From NCBI RefSeq assembly GCF_000018105.1, contig NC_009925.1, positions 3,210,001 through 3,242,000 of the forward strand: DNA of 32,000 nucleotides, written 5' to 3'. The notes below the pieces were generated by a model. It was not told the origin of the DNA. It ran no database searches and was given only the letters and a program-made list of their open reading frames with translations. Below, in pieces: positions 14,597-20,746 of this stretch. A program made the translations under genes and the position numbers. Numbering within the stretch: position 1 is the stretch's first letter; each line of letters starts with the position of its first letter. The DNA is from Acaryochloris marina MBIC11017. Lineage in GTDB: Bacteria > Cyanobacteriota > Cyanobacteriia > Thermosynechococcales > Thermosynechococcaceae.

Positions 14597-16267
14597 CTAC
14601 GGTTCCCTAGCCATCACAGCTTGCCCTTGGGCAGGAGGGTTCTTTTGGTCCCAGAGCAGCCGGTATAGCTGAATGGGGTCTTGAATGCCTTTGACTTGCA
14701 CAGGTGTCAGCTGCTGGAGCGGTACGTCACACTGATGCAGTTCATTTAAGGTGCTTTGGGAGATCAGGATTTCGCCAGCACGGGCCACGTCACATATACG
14801 ACTACTGACGTTAGTGGTATTGCCAATGGTGCCGTATTGAAACAGTTGTTCAGACCCAATATTGCCAGCGGCAACGACGCCAGTGTTCACCCCAATATGA
14901 ATCTGAATGTTAAAGTTCCACCGCTTGGCCCAGCGTTGATTCAGTTTGGAGACGGCTTTTTGCATGGCGATGGCGGCTTTCACTGCCCGCTCTGCATCGT
15001 TGGGATGTTGATAGGGGGCTCCCCAGACGGCCAATAGGGCATCGCCAATATATTGTTCTAAGGTGCCTTCGTATCGGAAGACGATTCCCTCCACCATGAC
15101 GCTAAAGTATTCGTTGAGCATGGTGATGACTTGGCGGGGTTCGAGGCGCGAAGAGAGCTCTGTAAACCGACTGATGTCAGCAAAGACGACGGTGACTTTG
15201 GTGTCAATGACCTCTAATTGGCTTTCCTCACTTAATTTTCGCCAAACGTTTTGTGGGAAAAAGCGTTCTAATTTGGTACGCAGAACGGCTTCAGTTTGAA
15301 TCTTTTTGTAGAGATGGGCATTGTCGATTGCGATCGCAGCCTGATTCGCTAATCCACCTAAAAATTCCAGGTCTTCTTCCGAATAAATGGCCCGCACAGA
15401 CAGGTTGTCTGTGTACAACACCCCAATCACCTCATCCCTAGGCTTCAGGGGGACGCACATGGCGGCATGGATGGCCTGCTGGACGATGGATCGCGATTCG
15501 TGAAATCTGCGATCGCGGGCGGCATCATCCGTGAGGATGCCTTCGCCCGATCCATAAACAAAATTCGTGATGGTGGTGCTGTAAAAGCGAAGTCCCGTGG
15601 GAATACCACTCCGGAATTTGATCGCTTTTTGTTCTAGCTCCTGGGTGTGAGGATTGACCAAGAGAATTAAACCCCGGTCAACGGTCATAATCTCAAACAG
15701 CAAATCGAGAATTTTATCGAGCAGCTCTTCTAACTCTTTGGGAGAAGACAGCTGTTGACTGACTTCGAGCAGAATTTTGAGCTTATCAACCGAGCGGGTT
15801 TGATCATCCTGTTGTTTGAGCTTCAAACCCACCCCGGATTCGCCGGGGGCTTCGGGTTCTAGTAAATCTTGGAGTTCAATCCGAGTATTTTCCGGGGCAA
15901 AACGACTAATGATGGAAAGGGATTGATCTGGGGGTGGACTGGGGGGACTCAGATCTGGGATGGTGGCCGTCAAATTCCAGGTGATTTGCATATCAATGGT
16001 CCCGAACCGGACCCGATCACCATCCTTGAGATGGCATTGCTGAATCGGCTGATCGTTAACGTAGGTATGGTTGAGGCTATCTAAATCCTTGAGGACAGCC
16101 TGACCATTTTCTTGGACCATCAGCTCCGCATGATGACGCGATAAGCTTGGGTGCATCAGCACAATATGATTGTCTAACCCCCGGCCAATCGAATTGGATC
16201 CTGTAACCAAGGTGTAGGATTTGGGATTTGGTGCATTGGGGGGAGCCACTAAGTACGGCACATGCAC
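14597..16267 (-). CDS. FHA domain - GAF domain - class III adenylate/guanylate cyclase.
   Basis: FHA: IGRGLDNHIVLMHPSLSRHHAEL...LKDLDSLNHTYVND. GAF: aa ~190-320 (VDRGLILLVNP...GVLYTDN). Cyclase: VTVVFADISRFTELS...YIGDALLAVWGAP...GNTTNVSSR, with both metal Asp and the catalytic Asn/Arg present. Confidence 0.9.
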   Translation of the reverse strand: MHVPYLVAPPNAPNPKSYTLVTGSNSIGRGLDNHIVLMHPSLSRHHAELMVQENGQAVLKDLDSLNHTYVNDQPIQQCHLKDGDRVRFGTIDMQITWNLTATIPDLSPPSPPPDQSLSIISRFAPENTRIELQDLLEPEAPGESGVGLKLKQQDDQTRSVDKLKILLEVSQQLSSPKELEELLDKILDLLFEIMTVDRGLILLVNPHTQELEQKAIKFRSGIPTGLRFYSTTITNFVYGSGEGILTDDAARDRRFHESRSIVQQAIHAAMCVPLKPRDEVIGVLYTDNLSVRAIYSEEDLEFLGGLANQAAIAIDNAHLYKKIQTEAVLRTKLERFFPQNVWRKLSEESQLEVIDTKVTVVFADISRFTELSSRLEPRQVITMLNEYFSVMVEGIVFRYEGTLEQYIGDALLAVWGAPYQHPNDAERAVKAAIAMQKAVSKLNQRWAKRWNFNIQIHIGVNTGVVAAGNIGSEQLFQYGTIGNTTNVSSRICDVARAGEILISQSTLNELHQCDVPLQQLTPVQVKGIQDPIQLYRLLWDQKNPPAQGQAVMAREP

Positions 16268-16616
16268 TCCTGTCGTGGATAACGCATCTTGATCACAACT
16301 TTAGAGATAGTTTAACGGTTGCCAATCGCTAAATTAGGGAAAGTTAAACACTATATTAATGTCTAAATTCAAGAACTCCCAATAATTAGGTGAGTTTTAG
16401 GTCGGCTTTGGCTCCAGATGTCGCCTGACTTATTTACACAATAAGAAAGCTCAATCACAATAAAAGGGAGGTTACCGTTTCGGCAACGACTGATGTTCTG
16501 AGTCAGTCGGGGACTCGCAAGTTTTGGCAGCGATGGGGGCAGACTGACACATATACAGATGGCGCTTGAGGTCAGACTCAAGTTATGACTGAGAGGCAGG
16601 TTGAGACTGAGCTGTT

Positions 16617-18146
16617 ATGACCAAACTCTTAAATAACCGTTATCAAGTCCTGGATGTGTTAGGGGGCGGTGGCTTTAGCACCACGTTTTTGGTCGAAGAC
16701 ACCCATATGCCGTCTCGGCGTCGCTGTGTCTTAAAACAGCTCAAGCCCGTGAGCGTTGACCCCTCGATTCAAACGCTGGTGCAAGAGCGGTTTCAGCGGG
16801 AAGCGGCCATTCTAGAAACCTTAGGAGAAGTCTCGGATCAGATTCCCCGACTGTATGCCTACTTTACGGAAGCCCATCAATATTATTTAGTCCAAGAGCT
16901 GATCGAAGGGCGAACCCTAGCAGAAGTGATCCAGACGCAAGGCGCGCTCAGTGAAGCGACGGTCCTCGATATTTTGATGAGATTGCTGCCGATTATCGAT
17001 CTGATTCATCAACGAGGCATTATTCATCGAGATATTAAGCCAGAAAATATTATCTTGCGTAACCAGGATGGCAAACCGGTCTTAATTGACTTTGGGGCGG
17101 TGAAAGAGACCCTAGGGACGGTGATGAATCCCCAGGGCCAACCCACTAGCTCGGTGGTGATTGGCACTCCTGGATTTATGGCGACTGAGCAATCTCGAGG
17201 TTTTCCTACTTATGCCAGTGATTTGTATAGTTTGGGGCTGACCGCGATTTATTTGCTCACGGGTAAGTTTCCCCATGAGCTGAATATCGATCCCCAAACC
17301 AGCCAGTTACGCTGGCATCAATCGGTGCTGAATGTATCTCCTGGGTTCGCGACGGTTCTCGATCGATCTATTAACCTGGCAGCTCGTGATCGCTATGGGT
17401 CAGCTCCTGACTTTTTGCAAGCGCTCCACGATAGCACGATCAAACCTGTGGCTGATGCGGTGCAGCCGCCCGCCGCACCTGCCTATGCTGAGCCGCCCCC
17501 GATCATGCAGCCAGAGGGATTGCCCACGAATACCGCTGCACCTACGCCTGTGCCTAACTTTACTCCTAAGAAAGTTGGGATACTAAGTGCGATCGCACTC
17601 GCGTCTGCGGTGGTTAGCTTTGTGGCCGTCCAACAGCTATGGCCAGTGATGGCAGGACTTGTAGCGGGCCGTACTGATGATCCTAGCCCCACGGAACTTA
17701 GCCCTGGCGTATCGCCCACTGATACACCTGAGGCATCATCCAGCCCGACTCCAGAGGTATCGCCTAGTTTAACCCCAGAGGTATCACCCAGTGTGACGCC
17801 GGAGGCATCGCCGCCACCGACGACCCAATTTGCTGCGATTGCCTACTCCATCCCCACAGGTACTTATGGGTATGGGTTGCGGTACCCGTCTCAGGCGGCT
17901 GCCGAACAACGGGCTCTTCAAGAATGTAATCAGCGTGTCCCGGCACAAGATTGTCAAGCCTTGTTTTGGTTTAAAAATGCCTGTGGGAGTTTAGTCCGGG
18001 CCACATCGGGAGCCTATGGCTGGGCGTGGAGTGAAACTATTCAGGAAGCAGAGCAAGAAGCGCGCAAGCAATGTTCTAGCTTTGGGGGCACCGATTGTCA
18101 AATTTTGCTGAACCTGTGCAGCGATCGCGTGATCCAATCCAGCTAA
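16617..18146 (+). CDS. Hanks-type Ser/Thr protein kinase with a TM helix, a Pro/Ser/Thr-rich linker and a C-terminal Cys-containing DUF4189-like domain.
   Basis: Motifs include GGGGFSTTF, VLKQL, HRDIKPENIIL, DFG and GTPGFMATEQ. The TM helix is GILSAIALASAVVSFVAV. The C-terminal segment is AAIAYS..GTYGYG...ECN...DCQALFWFKNACGSL...GAYGWAWS...CSSFGGTDCQILLNLCS. Confidence 0.9.
   Translation: MTKLLNNRYQVLDVLGGGGFSTTFLVEDTHMPSRRRCVLKQLKPVSVDPSIQTLVQERFQREAAILETLGEVSDQIPRLYAYFTEAHQYYLVQELIEGRTLAEVIQTQGALSEATVLDILMRLLPIIDLIHQRGIIHRDIKPENIILRNQDGKPVLIDFGAVKETLGTVMNPQGQPTSSVVIGTPGFMATEQSRGFPTYASDLYSLGLTAIYLLTGKFPHELNIDPQTSQLRWHQSVLNVSPGFATVLDRSINLAARDRYGSAPDFLQALHDSTIKPVADAVQPPAAPAYAEPPPIMQPEGLPTNTAAPTPVPNFTPKKVGILSAIALASAVVSFVAVQQLWPVMAGLVAGRTDDPSPTELSPGVSPTDTPEASSSPTPEVSPSLTPEVSPSVTPEASPPPTTQFAAIAYSIPTGTYGYGLRYPSQAAAEQRALQECNQRVPAQDCQALFWFKNACGSLVRATSGAYGWAWSETIQEAEQEARKQCSSFGGTDCQILLNLCSDRVIQSS
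17724..17819 (+). repeat. Four tandem 24-nt coding repeats that encode TPE(A/V)S(S/P)(S/P)x units of the kinase linker.
   Basis: The units are 17724-17747, 17748-17771, 17772-17795 and 17796-17819. They translate to TPEASSSP, TPEVSPSL, TPEVSPSV and TPEASPPP. Confidence 0.8.
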
Positions 18147-18670
18147 GCCGTCGTTTTCTCCAAATATCGGCGAACCCCTACCCCCATTTGGGTGAGGTTG
18201 GGGCCAATCTTTTGACTCAGTAACTCTTCTACAAACCCTGCCACTTGACTCCTTAAAAAGTCAGGAATGCCGTCAATTTTGCGGGGATAGATAATCAACT
18301 CTCCCCGGTTCTCGACAATCGTGGTGTCCCCCTGCTCGCGAAAGAGATTTTTGCCGGAACAAGACACGGCTTCTGTGAACGCATGGGTTGTAATCCGCCA
18401 CTCCAATGAAAAATCGGCTTCATTCCAAATGTTATGTTCAGTCCAAGACAACATTTGCTCGTCAATAAAGGCCTTGGCAATGGTGGGAATATCACCGCCC
18501 CCATGCCATTCATTGGTACAAATCACCCGCTGATCTTCCTGCTGGTAACTCTTGGGCTCAATATGATGCACATTGTCCATATAGGGTAAGAGTTCTTGTA
18601 ACTTATCCCGGTAAGTTGCAAATACAAGGGATCTAGGAAATGGGATGTGGGCATCTACAGAGATGTTCAT
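18143..18670 (-). CDS. SRPBCC/START-like superfamily protein of unknown function.
   Basis: ORF of about 175 aa, soluble, with a mixed beta/helix pattern. The assignment is by general resemblance only. I preferred the ATG at 18670; the track start at 18694 is a GTG. Its stop overlaps the kinase stop. Confidence 0.45.
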   Translation of the reverse strand: MNISVDAHIPFPRSLVFATYRDKLQELLPYMDNVHHIEPKSYQQEDQRVICTNEWHGGGDIPTIAKAFIDEQMLSWTEHNIWNEADFSLEWRITTHAFTEAVSCSGKNLFREQGDTTIVENRGELIIYPRKIDGIPDFLRSQVAGFVEELLSQKIGPNLTQMGVGVRRYLEKTTA

Positions 18671-19081
18671 GTTGAGCTGACCGATAACAAACACATATAA
18701 GCAACCGAATGGGAGTCAATGGATGATGGATTTACAAGCTTCTATGTAGATATCGCATTTATATGGCTTCTGCGTTTAGATGTAGTAAAAATCAATGAAA
18801 TTAAAGTGTTTGTTGAACAGTTTTTTTATAGGTTCACATCATGTTAGTGTAGGGTGTTGAAAACTCTTAAACCCTTGATGGGTAAGCTTTATCTCTACCT
18901 CGCTGTTCAATAGCTTGGCGTAATCTCTGCCTATTCTGGCAGCATCTTAACCTGAATGCTCAAATCAGAAGTTTTAAGACTCCAAGAGGGTGAGACAATT
19001 GTAAGCAAATAGAGTGATAAATGCTCTAGCCAAAGTATTTTTTAGATTCGTTAACGTTTTAGCTCACTTCTCATCAAAACC

Positions 19082-19103
19082 CTTCCTAAATCGGTTTAGG
19101 AAG
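19082..19103 (+). promoter_or_regulatory. Perfect 9-bp stem / 4-nt loop hairpin or palindrome (CTTCCTAAA tcgg TTTAGGAAG) just upstream of the DMT transporter start.
   Basis: Read directly. It lies 33 nt upstream of the ATG at 19136. No U tract follows. Confidence 0.3.
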
Positions 19104-19135
19104 CACCAGTGTGTGTTGAAGCCAAGGTTCACCTT

Positions 19136-20092
19136 ATGACATTCAAACTATCGCAGGCTAAACAGCCTTGGAGACTTTCGGCGGAACTATTCCCGTTTTT
19201 AGCCATGTTAGCGGCGATTGTGGCTTTATCCTTAGCTGCTATTTTTATCAAGTTAAGCGAACGCGAGTTGGGACCCTTTGCGACCATCTTTAATCGCTTT
19301 TGGGTGGCCTATATTGTTCTATGGGTGTGGCATGAGTGGGAGAGTCTTCGAGGGTCGAAAGAAGCAGTCAAAGAAATTGAATATACTCAACGGGATCAAG
19401 GATTACTGGTTGCAGCAGCCCTGATGTTTTGGGGGTGTATTGCCTTATGGGCTTGGTCTCTGACGCGCACAGAAGTGGCAAACTCAACGCTACTGCATAA
19501 TCTCACCCCTTTATTTACCACCCTGGGGGGATGGTTACTGCTACAGCAGCGCTTTGATCGTCGCTTTGTTGTGGGACTGGTGGTAGCAATCATTGGGGCA
19601 GTGGCTTTAAGCGTTGGGGATTTCCAAGTGTCAACTTCTCATTTAACAGGCGATCTGGCCTCCCTCTTATCAGCCGTCTTTTCTGCAGCCAATTTGATGA
19701 TTATTGAGCGACTGAGGGCTAAGTTCTCTGTCAATACCATTCTCCAATGGTGCTGCTTTTGGGGGGCAATCTGGACATTACCCGTCGTGTTACTGACCGA
19801 AGACCGCCTATTTCCGGTCTCAGCCTCGGGTTGGCTATCGGTAATTTGTCTAGCCATTGTTTGCCAAGTGTTAGGCCAAGGACTACAAGCCTTTAGTTTG
19901 AAACGGCTGTCGTCAGGACTGGTGGGTATTTTGTTGCTCCTTGATCCAGTGTTAGCAGCCCTGACCGCTTGGGTGCTGTTTGCCGAGAGCTTGACCCTAT
20001 TGAAGTGGACGGCCTTTTTTGTGGTTCTATTGGGTGTCTATTTGGCTAAGTCAAGTGATGCCGCTACCCATCCTGTTGAAGAAGGAGCTTGA
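19136..20092 (+). CDS. DMT-superfamily (EamA-like) transporter with 10 predicted TM segments.
   Basis: Hydrophobic two-fold repeat architecture typical of EamA. I preferred the ATG at 19136; the track start at 19109 is a GTG. Confidence 0.8.
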   Translation: MTFKLSQAKQPWRLSAELFPFLAMLAAIVALSLAAIFIKLSERELGPFATIFNRFWVAYIVLWVWHEWESLRGSKEAVKEIEYTQRDQGLLVAAALMFWGCIALWAWSLTRTEVANSTLLHNLTPLFTTLGGWLLLQQRFDRRFVVGLVVAIIGAVALSVGDFQVSTSHLTGDLASLLSAVFSAANLMIIERLRAKFSVNTILQWCCFWGAIWTLPVVLLTEDRLFPVSASGWLSVICLAIVCQVLGQGLQAFSLKRLSSGLVGILLLLDPVLAALTAWVLFAESLTLLKWTAFFVVLLGVYLAKSSDAATHPVEEGA

Positions 20093-20182
20093 CAGCTGAT
20101 TGAGGCTTAGACCCTGGGCTAAGACATGCAATGCACTGGAAGCGTTGCTCCCAAGATTGGATCCAAATGGGGAAGGGAGCTG

Positions 20183-20214
20183 TGTACAAATAACTTTACA
20201 GATACTGTTACAAA
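20183..20214 (+). promoter_or_regulatory. Three phased direct repeats TGTACAAA / TTTACAGA / GTTACAAA with an exact 12-nt period, resembling HLR1-type (G/T)TTACA(A/T)(A/T) half-sites.
   Basis: The repeats lie at 20183-20190, 20195-20202 and 20207-20214, in the DMT-hli intergenic region 268 nt upstream of the hli ATG. Confidence 0.3.
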
Positions 20215-20407
20215 CATCTCAAAATAGAGCTGACTGGGGATGGATAACAGAAGTGTAAATCTCTGCTGAGCAGAGTATGGGCCAAGATTTTAGAGTGAAG
20301 ATTGAAACTTATAATTTTTGTAGAGAAAGGATTTGAGCCTACTTTTACCTGGTTCCGTAGCTATCGATACATAGAGAATATAAATGATCAACATTGTCAA
20401 ATAAACA

Positions 20408-20436
20408 TTGTTATTTCTTATGATTCTCGTTACAAT
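20408..20436 (+). promoter_or_regulatory. Candidate sigma70-type promoter of hli: TTGTTA, 17-nt spacer, TACAAT.
   Basis: The -35 is at 20408-20413 and the -10 at 20431-20436, which implies a leader of about 40 nt. The direct repeat AACATTGT (20390-20397 and 20404-20411) overlaps the -35. Confidence 0.35.
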
Positions 20437-20481
20437 CGTATCCATCGGGCTAAACGCCTAGCAATTACGGAGTCACATGTC

Positions 20482-20634
20482 ATGAGCACACAAAATCAAA
20501 CTTTCGGATTCACTAGCTTTGCAGAGACCCTAGGTGGTCGCCTTGCAATGGTTGGTTTTTCTCTGGCCGTAATCACTGAAGTTCTAACTGGACAAGGGAT
20601 TGTAGGTCAAATTGCAGCTTTACTGAGCTTCTAA
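20482..20634 (+). CDS. hli: High-light-inducible protein (HLIP, CAB/ELIP/HLIP family), a single-helix chlorophyll-binding protein of 50 aa.
   Basis: MSTQNQTFGFTSFAETLGGRLAMVGFSLAVITEVLTGQG carries the E-x-x-(N/G)-G-R-x-A-M-x-G-F motif. The upstream 60 codons of the track ORF are AT-rich and start at a TTG. Confidence 0.85.
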   Translation: MSTQNQTFGFTSFAETLGGRLAMVGFSLAVITEVLTGQGIVGQIAALLSF

Positions 20635-20687
20635 TCTGAAGCTGCTGACTAAACCGCATAGTTTTGAGTAGAATAGTTCGCGCTTTA

Positions 20688-20716
20688 AGCCCCCAGCATT
20701 GCTGGGGGCTTTTCTT
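20688..20716 (+). terminator. Rho-independent terminator of hli.
   Basis: 10-bp perfect GC-rich stem AGCCCCCAGC / GCTGGGGGCT (20688-20697 and 20701-20710) with a 3-nt loop, followed by TTTCTT. Confidence 0.8.
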
Positions 20717-20746
20717 ATATCTATCTACCCAGGGGAGGTTTTTTGA

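Noticed and set aside
14447-14668. A 73-aa plus-strand ORF in the AT-rich gap, overlapping the cyclase 3' end.
   Set aside because: It has low-complexity, non-coding-like composition and no motifs. It overlaps a well-supported gene antisense.
16369-16581. A 70-aa minus-strand ORF in the cyclase/kinase divergent region.
   Set aside because: It has no recognisable motif and lies where two promoters and leaders are expected. It is probably spurious.
20302-20481. The 60-codon N-terminal extension of the hli ORF, which would give a 110-aa protein.
   Set aside because: The extension starts at a TTG and is AT-rich with non-coding-like composition. It also contains the best promoter candidate. HLIPs are 40-70 aa, and the conserved part begins at the ATG at 20482.
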